From: Alphaproteobacteria bacterium
Lineage (GTDB): Bacteria > Pseudomonadota > Alphaproteobacteria > Paracaedibacterales > CAITNM01
Assembly: GCA_947487955.1 (NCBI GenBank)
Contig: CANKYV010000001.1
Location: 43,644 to 107,643, forward strand
DNA length: 64,000 nt
Direction of reading: 5' to 3'
In this document: piece after piece, positions 11,721 to 20,400 of the stretch
Layout: the number at the start of each line of letters is the position of its first letter
Numbering within the stretch: the stretch's first letter is position 1
Notes under the pieces: generated by a model
What the model saw: the letters and a program-made list of their open reading frames with translations, nothing else
What the model was told of the DNA's origin: nothing
Databases searched by the model: none
Position numbers and translations under genes: made by a program

Positions 11721-12554
11721 ATGTCAAAAGTTTGGTTTATCACAGGTTGCTCAAAAGGTTTTGGCCGGGTTTTGTCAGAAGAACTTCTTACTAAAACAGA
11801 TTCTTTAGTTGTAGCTACTGCACGTGATGCATCTACGCTAGATGAACTTAAAGAAAAATATGATGATCGTGTGCTCACATTAACGTTGGATGTAAAAAAC
11901 GCTGATCATATTAAGGATGCGGTCGAGAAAACGCTGCAAAAATTTTCACGCATTGATGTTCTTGTTAATAACGCTGGGTATGGACTTGGTGGGGCTCTTG
12001 AAGAATGTTCTATGCCGTCAATTCGTAATATCTTTGATGTCAATGTATTTGGCCTTATAGAAATGACCAAAGCAGTTTTACCAAGCATGCGTTCCCAAAA
12101 TTATGAACATCTTTTTAATATGTCGTCTATTGCGGGCTTAACCGCAACGGCGGGCATGGGAATTTATAACAGCACAAAGTACGCAGTAGAAGGCCTTTCA
12201 GAAGCGCTCGCACATGATGTAAAAACATTTGGAATTAAAGTGACGATTATTGAACCTGGGCCTTTTCGTACTGATTTCTTGGGCGCATCTTTGGAATTAG
12301 CGCCGTCCCTTCCCGCTTATGAAGGTACAGCCATTGATCAAACGCGCAATTATTGCAAGCAGTCTAATCATCAACAAAATGGCGACCCATTAAAAGCAGC
12401 ACAAATTATGATTCAACTTGCTGCTATGGAAAATCCACCACTGCGTATGCCTTTAGGCAATATTGCAATGGATCGCATTCACGTAAAATTAGAAGCGTTA
12501 AAAGAAGAACTGACGAAATTTGAAGAATTGTCACGTTCAGCAGATTATTGCTAG
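11721..12554 (+). CDS. short-chain dehydrogenase/reductase (SDR)
   Basis: The start at 11721 is preceded by AAGAGGA. Motifs are ITGCSKGFG, VNNAGYG and YNSTKYAVE (YxxxK). The upstream 20 codons of the track ORF look like read-through. Confidence 0.85.
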   Translation: MSKVWFITGCSKGFGRVLSEELLTKTDSLVVATARDASTLDELKEKYDDRVLTLTLDVKNADHIKDAVEKTLQKFSRIDVLVNNAGYGLGGALEECSMPSIRNIFDVNVFGLIEMTKAVLPSMRSQNYEHLFNMSSIAGLTATAGMGIYNSTKYAVEGLSEALAHDVKTFGIKVTIIEPGPFRTDFLGASLELAPSLPAYEGTAIDQTRNYCKQSNHQQNGDPLKAAQIMIQLAAMENPPLRMPLGNIAMDRIHVKLEALKEELTKFEELSRSADYC

Positions 12555-12576
12555 ATTTAGTAGCTGGTAATAGTTA

Positions 12577-12651
12577 TGGCTGGGGTACTAGGATTCGAAC
12601 CTAGGAATGCCGGTACCAAAAACCGGTGCCTTACCGCTTGGCTATACCCCA
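12577..12651 (-). tRNA. tRNA-Gln (anticodon UUG)
   Basis: The reverse complement reads TGGGGTATAGCCAAGCGGTAAGGCACCGGTTTTTGGTACCGGCATTCCTAGGTTCGAATCCTAGTACCCCAGCCA. It folds as a cloverleaf with anticodon stem CCGGT/ACCGG, loop TTTTGGT, T-loop GGTTCGAATCC and an encoded CCA. Confidence 0.9.
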
Positions 12652-12841
12652 ATAGATTAGGTAAACATATCAGAAATCATTAAAAAATCAAGATGTTTGG
12701 ATCGAAACATTTAAACACAGTGTATTGTTACAGGAACAGAAGCAAATCAAACGGCAAAAGCAAAGGTTTATAATTTTAAATAATTTGATTTTTTCGTTAT
12801 ATTAGTATATATGTAGACTATATATCTTGTAAAAATATTAC

Positions 12842-14107
12842 ATGTTTTACGCATTTTTTATTTCATTATTATTTAATTTACTTAATGCTTGTGAAATAGT
12901 TGAGACTCTTTATGTTGAAGACTCAGTACTTCAACGTAAAATGACAGGTAAGCAAGTACAAGCATATAATACAGCTACTCTTACAGAAATTTCTTCTTTT
13001 TTAGAAAATAGAGACCAGACAACATTAACAACACTTATTGAGTCAGCTACCTTAGAAGACAGAGATCAAGCAATAGCAACAGCAGCGATTATTAATCTTG
13101 CTATTTTAGAAAATAGAGATCAAGTAACCTTAGCAACACTCATTCAGTTCCTAGCAGAGAGAGATTCGTCGACAACATACCAGGTAGCTCTAGGAAAACT
13201 TATTAACCTTGCTATTTTAAAAAATAAAGATTCGTCAACTCCAGTAAAACTTATTAATTTTTCGACTTTAGATGACGGAGATCAGATAACTTTAGAAGTG
13301 CTTACAGGTAAACATTTGGTGTGGTGCGATATTCACATGGCAAGAACACACGGAAATATAGCGCTAGAAAATCTGATAAAGAAAGCACAAAAAGAAAAGT
13401 TTAGACTACCTCCTTTTATAGCAGTGACAACTGAAAATTTATACTATCAGCGATCATATGCTGAAAAAAGAGGCTTTATACTAGGACGCGACAAAATTAA
13501 GACTCAAGCCCACATAAAAAGTGTATTACAGTTTTGTGAAACGACTTTAGGAGCTAATTGGATAGAAATTCATACAGGAATGCCCCTTCCAGTGCCAAGT
13601 TCACCTAGAATCCCGCTCAGCATCAAATCTGAAAAAAGAAATAGTTATGGTTTATCAAGCTCTAAAGTTATACCTATTGACACACAAGACAGTACGGGAT
13701 TAGATATTCCCGTTGCAGTTGCTGTAAAAAAGACAGTGCCTGTGCAAAAAGCTGAAGCTACACCTATACAAGGAAATGAAGTTGTTGATTTTATCGCACC
13801 AGCCCAAAGTCCTCGCGAAGGCCAAATTTCCTCGTCCTCAAAACATTTTAAGAGTCCTCGGGCTGCTACCGTTAATGACAAAAATCTAAGTGAAACTACT
13901 TATGATGAAACATTTTTCGCGCAACAAGACGCTAATCCTTTGACACAAAGTCCTCGCTTAGTCACTAATGACAACACATCTGCAGGAAATCAGCTTTCCT
14001 CAACTCAAGCACAATTACCGAAGGAACAATCTTCTGTTCAAGATTACTTCGATCAATTTTGTGAATATATGGCAAAGCTTGGAAGTTGTTTAGCCAGACT
14101 GGCGTAG
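12842..14107 (+). CDS. lineage-specific protein with ~17-18-aa tandem repeats and a disordered Ser/Pro/Gln-rich tail
   Basis: 421 aa with a hydrophobic N-terminus. It has about six degenerate repeats (LENRDQxTLxTLI... / LEDRDQ... / LKNKDSS... / LDDGDQ...). The C-terminal half is low-complexity with a recurring SPR. Confidence 0.5.
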   Translation: MFYAFFISLLFNLLNACEIVETLYVEDSVLQRKMTGKQVQAYNTATLTEISSFLENRDQTTLTTLIESATLEDRDQAIATAAIINLAILENRDQVTLATLIQFLAERDSSTTYQVALGKLINLAILKNKDSSTPVKLINFSTLDDGDQITLEVLTGKHLVWCDIHMARTHGNIALENLIKKAQKEKFRLPPFIAVTTENLYYQRSYAEKRGFILGRDKIKTQAHIKSVLQFCETTLGANWIEIHTGMPLPVPSSPRIPLSIKSEKRNSYGLSSSKVIPIDTQDSTGLDIPVAVAVKKTVPVQKAEATPIQGNEVVDFIAPAQSPREGQISSSSKHFKSPRAATVNDKNLSETTYDETFFAQQDANPLTQSPRLVTNDNTSAGNQLSSTQAQLPKEQSSVQDYFDQFCEYMAKLGSCLARLA

Positions 14108-14109
14108 AC

Positions 14110-14700
14110 TTAACCAAAAGACTCCCCTTTTGCCATTGCTTCTGTTCTGCCCAAAAGGTTGTCTTTTACGCCTGCGTAGTAGGTGCGCGCTGAAATGGCG
14201 GCATCTTTGGTAGCAACACTGAGTTTCTCAACTGTAGGAATTGGCAAATGACTTCCTATTAGCATTTCTTTCATGCCATCAAAAGTTTGTGCGAAATGAG
14301 TATTCATTTCATGTCTTTTTTCTTCATCCGCGGCACTAGCTTGCAGCGCAAGAATTTCAAGCGTTAATACTACTTCCGCTACAAACAAATTATTTCTAAC
14401 CCCTAAATAATAAACTCGAGCAGCTTCAGCCTCTTCTTTTGTAGCTATACCTCGAAGCACGATCAGTGAGCTTTCTCCCTGATTTTGCCTCATCTCTTCA
14501 AACTGTTGTGTTAATGAATCATTTGATTCTGAGGCTTTGCTTTCATTTTCAATTACAAATTTTGCAAGCTGTGCAAATTTTCCTGCAGCAGAAGTTCGTT
14601 CGTGAATTTGAGCTAGCTGTTGCTCTAACTGCTCTTTGTTTTCAGCTGCAAAAAAACTACTAGTTACCATGATTCCTAGAAAAGCCAATACTTTAAACAT
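14110..14700 (-). CDS. secreted hypothetical protein with an internal duplication
   Basis: 196 aa with a signal peptide (LAFLGIMVTSSFFA/AE). A motif occurs twice: AEAARVYYLGVRNNL and AAISARTYYAGVKDNL. Confidence 0.5.
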   Translation of the reverse strand: MFKVLAFLGIMVTSSFFAAENKEQLEQQLAQIHERTSAAGKFAQLAKFVIENESKASESNDSLTQQFEEMRQNQGESSLIVLRGIATKEEAEAARVYYLGVRNNLFVAEVVLTLEILALQASAADEEKRHEMNTHFAQTFDGMKEMLIGSHLPIPTVEKLSVATKDAAISARTYYAGVKDNLLGRTEAMAKGESFG

Positions 14701-14870
14701 AAAAATTTACACAAACTTTATTTATCTATTTGTATTTTAGTCATGAGTTGTTAATGAAAAGTGAATAACGCTCTCTCAAAAATTAGAAGTAGAATTTTTT
14801 CTAAAATTTATCTCCATGCTTCAAATTGGGCCTAGACTCCAAAAGAATTTTTAGATATGTTTATTGGAGT

Positions 14871-14946
14871 GCCGGCTTAGCTCAGCTGGTAGAGCAACTG
14901 ATTTGTAATCAGTAGGTCGCGGGTTCGACTCCTGCAGCCGGCACCA
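14871..14946 (+). tRNA. tRNA-Thr (anticodon UGU)
   Basis: GCCGGCTTAGCTCAGCTGGTAGAGCAACTGATTTGTAATCAGTAGGTCGCGGGTTCGACTCCTGCAGCCGGCACCA. Acceptor stem is GCCGGCT/AGCCGGC, anticodon stem ACTGA/TCAGT, loop TTTGTAA, and CCA is encoded. Confidence 0.92.
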
Positions 14947-14947
14947 G
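14901..14947 (+). repeat. attL core (3' 47 nt of the functional tRNA-Thr)
   Basis: atttgtaatcagtaggtcgcgggttcgactcctgcagccggcaccag. It is identical to 39515-39561 except for one base (G at 14923). Confidence 0.85.
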
Positions 14948-14992
14948 TTAAACTGCGAGGTTTAAAGCAATTTCAAATTTATAAAATTCCTT

Positions 14993-15011
14993 GGGGTTAC
15001 ACCGGGGTTAC
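14993..15011 (+). promoter_or_regulatory. tandem GGGGTTAC sites (candidate integrase arm-type binding site, left arm)
   Basis: GGGGTTACaccGGGGTTAC with 11-nt periodicity, 46 nt inside attL. A near-identical copy lies at the other end of the element. Confidence 0.45.
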
Positions 15012-15266
15012 TTTTTCAAGTAATTTTAGTTTCAGTTCAGTGTAAAAGTTTTCTAATTCTTGTTATTAACGAAAAGGGTTGATTTTGCTCTCGCAACAAA
15101 TTGGGCTCGTGGATACCCCCCTAAGGATTGGGATAGTAAGTATTTTCTAGATAAAGTCACTTAATCGAGCCAAGTTAATGGATAAGTCAAATTTAGTGAG
15201 TCGGTTTTGCGATGAAATCAAGCCAAGAGATTTATAAGAGCAGCCCCCACAACTAATAGTTAGAAT

Positions 15267-16193
15267 TTACGGAAGCACAAAAGGATTTATTGTTCTCCAA
15301 TGTTCCGGATATGATTCAGTCTCATGTAGATATTTCATCAGATTACGCTGAATTCCTTCTGGGTGACTCATAAAATGGCCGTCTTTATACCTTGGCAGTG
15401 GAGCCACCACTATAGCTTTTGGATTGCAGCATAAATATGCGGCCCACCAAGAAAACGTGGAATTAGCAATAATCAGGTTTTTACATTGAGTCATTAAGTA
15501 AAATTCTTCAAGATTTGTTGCAGTGCCATCGCCTGGTGAAACGATAACAACATTTTCCAAATTAAAAAAACAATCTTTTACAAAGGCAGGGTCATCTGAA
15601 AATACAAAAAACTTTACATTTTTTTGTTTTGAAAAAAGCTGCATCGCTTGCATATAATAGGTCATCGGCATAATTCTATCTGGATAATTTCTAAAATCTC
15701 CACGACGAATATGAATTGCAACGCTGTTACATGTTCGTATTTGAGGCAAATATTTTCTTATAAAAGGAGTGCTTGTCTTTTTTAACGAGAAGATTTTATT
15801 AATATCCTTTGCGCTCTCTTTAAAAAAGATTTCAGACTCAAAAAAACTGCCAATAAGTATTCTTCCTTTACCTTTTAAGGTATTGAAGTCATTCCCCTCC
15901 CAAACAAATATAAAAGGTTCTTTATTAAATTCTTCTTCAGAGATAACGTCGACCCCATCTAAATGGAAATCTTCCTTATTGATCCTATATTTTCTATCAT
16001 TAGGATCTCTTAAATTGCCTCTTTCATTATTGCTAACAATAATCTTAAGATCTGCATCGATAATTTTAGCCAGATTGTATGCAGCAGCAAATTGAAACAT
16101 CTGATTGCCAATGCCTGAGTCTAATTTTACAAAAACAGTATCCTTCGAAAATAAAGCCGCGGAAAAATAAAGAAATAATAAAAAATATTGCAT
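15267..16193 (-). CDS. glycosyltransferase family 11 (alpha-1,2-fucosyltransferase-like) with an N-terminal hydrophobic anchor
   Basis: 308 aa with GT11 signatures GIGNQMFQFAAAY, AIHIRRGDF, VFSDDPAFV and ANSTFSWWAAYL. A 16-aa hydrophobic leader (MQYFLLFLYFSAALFS) comes before the first motif, and I found no alternative in-frame start. Confidence 0.8.
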   Translation of the reverse strand: MQYFLLFLYFSAALFSKDTVFVKLDSGIGNQMFQFAAAYNLAKIIDADLKIIVSNNERGNLRDPNDRKYRINKEDFHLDGVDVISEEEFNKEPFIFVWEGNDFNTLKGKGRILIGSFFESEIFFKESAKDINKIFSLKKTSTPFIRKYLPQIRTCNSVAIHIRRGDFRNYPDRIMPMTYYMQAMQLFSKQKNVKFFVFSDDPAFVKDCFFNLENVVIVSPGDGTATNLEEFYLMTQCKNLIIANSTFSWWAAYLCCNPKAIVVAPLPRYKDGHFMSHPEGIQRNLMKYLHETESYPEHWRTINPFVLP

Positions 16194-16310
16194 TAGTGGT
16201 AGTTAATTTAATTTGTATAATTGAGCTTTAAGAATAAACATGATTACTCTCAAAATCAAGAAAAATGAGCTTTTACTTTTGCGTAAAAGCCTTTTTATAT
16301 TCCTCACCTA

Positions 16311-16760
16311 TCATTTTTTATTATTATTCCATATTTTTAATTGTTCATCACTTGGCCAAGCATATGGATCCTCTGGAGGGCCCATGTTTGGAATATCACT
16401 TGCTAAGATTTTTCGACAAATATCCTTAAGATCATCCTTATAAAAATCAACCGCTTTTTTTTCTTCATCATCTAAAACCAGTAATTCTTCAGGTGAATAT
16501 TTTAGTCGTTTCTCATCTTTAGGAAATTCTTCTAAATCAGACCACATTGCTTTTAAAGATAAAAAATCTTCTTCACTAATTTCTTTGCAATAAGCTTCAC
16601 AAGCTTGTAATACATTGTATATTACTACGCATGCATTACATATATCTGCCGATTCATCTAAAACTCCCTGAACAGCTTCTAGCATTAGTTTGCGAAGGTT
16701 TTCTTTACGTTCAGACTTTGACATCTTAAATAACTGTTCACTTCTTAATCTATTTAACAT
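16311..16760 (-). CDS. candidate immunity protein of the orphan toxin module
   Basis: 149-aa acidic ORF overlapping the end of the orphan toxin ORF by 11 nt. Its position is equivalent to the 96-aa ORF behind the main toxin. No family was recognised. Confidence 0.4.
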   Translation of the reverse strand: MLNRLRSEQLFKMSKSERKENLRKLMLEAVQGVLDESADICNACVVIYNVLQACEAYCKEISEEDFLSLKAMWSDLEEFPKDEKRLKYSPEELLVLDDEEKKAVDFYKDDLKDICRKILASDIPNMGPPEDPYAWPSDEQLKIWNNNKK

Positions 16761-17058
16761 CTTTCACAAACTCCTTTACTTTTTCAGCTACTCTTTGACC
16801 AGTTTTAATATTTTCCACCCAATGAGTCTGAATTGAGATTTTGTGGTCTACATCAAAGCTCGTGCTGCTTTTTTTGACCCAGTCTTCAGCTTGACCACCA
16901 TATTGCTCCGCAAATTTTTTAGCATCTCGAAAAACTTTTTTTCCTGTTGGAGTTATAACCACTCCGTCTTCCTTCAATTGTTGCTCTTTCGCAAGATATT
17001 CTTTCAATCTTTGCGTTAGCAGAACTTGTTGCAGAATTGCTGGGGTATTCAGCCTCAT
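16750..17058 (-). CDS. orphan toxin C-terminal domain (alternative CT cassette)
   Basis: 102-aa ORF directly downstream of a segment homologous to the pre-toxin region of the 2525-aa gene. PAILQQ aligns with DAILQG of the main protein, and the sequence diverges completely afterwards. Confidence 0.45.
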   Translation of the reverse strand: MRLNTPAILQQVLLTQRLKEYLAKEQQLKEDGVVITPTGKKVFRDAKKFAEQYGGQAEDWVKKSSTSFDVDHKISIQTHWVENIKTGQRVAEKVKEFVKDVK

Positions 17059-17096
17059 GCGCCTTGATCTTCACTCTCGGCTGAACACTCTTAAAT

Positions 17097-17154
17097 CCAA
17101 CTTTTTCTGCTGCAGAGGCAAGTTTGGCATTGGTTGCTCCATAGAGTTCATTAG
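17097..17154 (-). repeat. homology handle shared with the main toxin gene (copy of 17832-17889)
   Basis: My hand alignment gives 7 mismatches in 58 nt. It encodes NELYGATNAKLASAAEKVGFK versus KELYGAANAKLASAAEKVGWK in the main gene. Weaker similarity continues for ~40 nt further downstream. Confidence 0.75.
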
Positions 17155-17441
17155 TTTTTATTTAAGAGGTTTTTTATATGACTAATGTTTTCCTCAATTG
17201 TTATTTGATCTTGTTCTTCCATTGTGCTCTTTTCTAGAGATGATGCATAAGCAATCTCAAGTGGCCACCAGTAATCAAGAATAATCTTTTTAAATACCTC
17301 TTCAGTAATGTTTTCTCCACATTCCTCAATTCTTTTAATTAAGCTTCCTAATGATAATCTTTGATTATCGTAGTCATTGATAGCTTTTGAAATTTCATCA
17401 AGTAAACGCTTATCTGGGTTATTTAATTTTAATGATTTCAT
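17151..17441 (-). CDS. candidate cognate immunity protein
   Basis: 96-aa ORF whose ATG overlaps the toxin stop codon (ATGA at 17438-17441), the typical toxin-immunity coupling. No family was recognised. Confidence 0.5.
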   Translation of the reverse strand: MKSLKLNNPDKRLLDEISKAINDYDNQRLSLGSLIKRIEECGENITEEVFKKIILDYWWPLEIAYASSLEKSTMEEQDQITIEENISHIKNLLNKN

Positions 17442-20400
17442 TTTCCAAACCTCGCAGTAACGACACGTCCATTTTCCGTAATAACAGTAACATTATTTTT
17501 TGCATCATAATGAGAAATTCTTCCAACCACTTTGTTTGGCACTTTTACACCATGAGTTATGGCTTCTTTTACTACAGAAGGAGGTATACCTCTTTCCATC
17601 AACCTATCAAGAGCATGACTAGAAAATTCCATGTCTTCGATTCGCTTTGGTGAATTATGATATTTTTTTAATGGTTGCATTTGGGTTCTACTACTTCCCA
17701 CTGGTAAGCTTGGATATGCATTGCCATCATTGATCGTATACTGCTGTACTACTGTTTTCTTTTCTCCTTGTAATATTGCATCTTCCGCCTCTTTTGCTTT
17801 CGGCATTACTTTTGTTTTGCCACTCTTCCACCCCACTTTTTCTGCTGCTGAGGCAAGTTTAGCATTAGCTGCTCCATAAAGTTCCTTAGCTTTTCCAAGG
17901 GTTTGTGCTGCTTTACTGCCCGTAATCTTGGCAATGATCTGCCCATACTTTGGATAATTGCTCATCAGCGCTGTCCACGCAGCTGCAGCGCTTGGGTAGA
18001 ACACCGTTCCTATTACATAGCCGGCACCTACTGTTGCTAAGGTCACAACCCCCATCACTGCTAACTGCTGTAGTGCCGCTTCTGGCCCTTGAGTACGATA
18101 GGTATCATACACCTCATAGGCACCATATGCTGCCAATCCCAGAGTAATAACCGTACCAATGGTTGGTTCCCAATTGTGGGTGCCCGCAACGCCACCAATG
18201 TGAGAGGCTAATGCCGCATCTTGGCCAAGAAGGGCAGCAATCGCTGCGGAGGATAACTGGGCCGTACGTAATTCAGAAGCGAGATCTTCCTTAACTGCTG
18301 CATTAATTTCTTTGATTTTTTCAGGATTGACTAGGGTACCGTCTTGCTTAGCTTCTTCCATTCTGGCAATGGCTTTTTCTGCTAAATAATCATTACGCGC
18401 TTCTAAAATGGTTTCGGTTACTGCAGCACCAATGGCACCAGAGATAAATCCTTTGGCGGTGCCATCCATAACAAACCCCATCGCACCACCATTGAGGCTG
18501 TGGAGGACTTTATGCAATGTATAGGTGTCTTGATGGTGAGTTCCCTTGTACCAATCTCCAATATGAGCAGCTCCATAGGCACCTGCTGCGCTACCGACAA
18601 ATGACAAACCTCCGCGCTTTAAAATATCGCCCGCTTCTTCGTTAGAAAGAGCTAAATTCATTGTGGTGGATACGCCAGCTTGTAACCCCTCAGTTTTAAG
18701 GTGATCTACCAGTTCTAAAGGTTTTGTATCAAGGGGAATATCCCATGCTTTAGCGAGCTTATTAGTTAATCCAGCACTTGCAATGCTAATTGCTAACCCA
18801 CGCAATGCACGATCAGAAGCTAAGTTTTTTAAAGTTCCCTCTAAATCACCTGTTTGCGCAAAGCTTGTAGCGGCTGAACAGATTAAATACTTTAATCCTG
18901 CAGAGGCCATTGTGGCTCCAATCTCTGACCCCAAGGCACTTGTAAAAAATGAGGTACCAACGCCTTGAGTAGCAAGGCTAACCGCAATAGCAATTACCGA
19001 TATTGCCGCACTAGGAATAACCTGATGGTGATGTGCCCAACTTTCTTGCCATTTCTTTAAGATATAAACGGATTCTTGGTATCTTCCTAAAATCTCGACT
19101 CGTTCACGATCTTGCCAAACACATGAGACAAACTCCATTTCTCCCGGAGAGGTGACATCATCAAAACTTGCTGAGCGCACAATACGGCGCACATTCAACG
19201 ATGTTGGAGCCATTAATTCTTGACCACCTCGAGTACCACAGTTACTGCTAGATAAAGGCGTACGCGAAGACGTACTCATTTCATAGCGCATTTCCCTGAC
19301 AGTAGGGCCAAACTTTGCACCTTTCCGTGAATGGTCTTCTATGGTATCTGCGGTAATTTCAGTGCCTTTTACACTAACCGTATCTTGTCCTTCAAAACGA
19401 ATCGTATGGGCATTTAGCATATTACGTACAAAGGTTGGCATTTCCATGAGACTTTTTGTCGTGCGACTGCTAGAAGTTCCTTTTGTTGTCGAAGTTGTTT
19501 GCGTACGATTAATTCCTACTCCCGCATCAATAGACAAATTCTGAGAAGCATAGGTTAAATCTTGGGCAGCATGTTCTTCAACACCTACTTGAGTGACATT
19601 TTTCCCAACAACTCGGCTACTAATGCCAGCGATAGCTTTATTTACCAAAAAATCTGATGACTCTGCTGTTGTTACAGTTTTTTTGGTGCTTCCAAAAAAT
19701 CCTCTATCCTTTTTTTCTGTAGTAATTGCTCTTTTGTGAAGCTCAAGCGCTTTAAAAAAAGCATCGCCTTCTTCAGATCCACGCAGCATCTTGCCACCAG
19801 CACTGCTGACACTTCCAACTTCTGTATAATCTTGTGTGCTAACGGAAGTAAGGTCTCCTTCCTCACAAATGAATTGCTGTTGAGGTTTAGCTTTTTCAGA
19901 AATAGTTGTCTTATTGCCTTCTTGCAAAATTTCCACATATTTAGCCGTATGACGTTTCATTTTTCCTTTAGCACGTGCTTCAAATGCTTTTCTTGCAACG
20001 ATACGTGAACTTTCATGCTCTTGATCACCAGAGGTAAGCAGATGGACTTCCTTGCCGTATATATCACCTGAAGATTGGTAAGGATTCACAAACTTCGCTG
20101 GTACTAATAAATGAGGAATACTAAGCATTGTCTGTTGTACTTGTCGAGCCACCATAGCAACAAGTGGTTTTGTAGCTTTTGCCACCAACTCATCCAAACT
20201 CATTGTGCTTCCACTGTCACGACCATTACGGAATAAATATTCCTGTAGTGCCATTGAGCTTTGTTCTTCAAAGTTTAAATGTCCAACGCTTTCTGCAAGA
20301 GCTTTTTGTAGCGCAAATTCAAAAGCTGTTTCGCTGATCGCACTTTCTTCTCTTGCGCCAATTGTTGCGATATCTAAGGACTTCCAAGAAAACCTTGATG

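Noticed and set aside
14871-14946. Alternative reading of the anticodon as GUA (tRNA-Tyr).
   Set aside because: That register does not give a paired 5-bp anticodon stem, whereas ACTGA/TCAGT with loop TTTGTAA does, giving UGU (Thr). There is also no long variable arm, as bacterial tRNA-Tyr would have.
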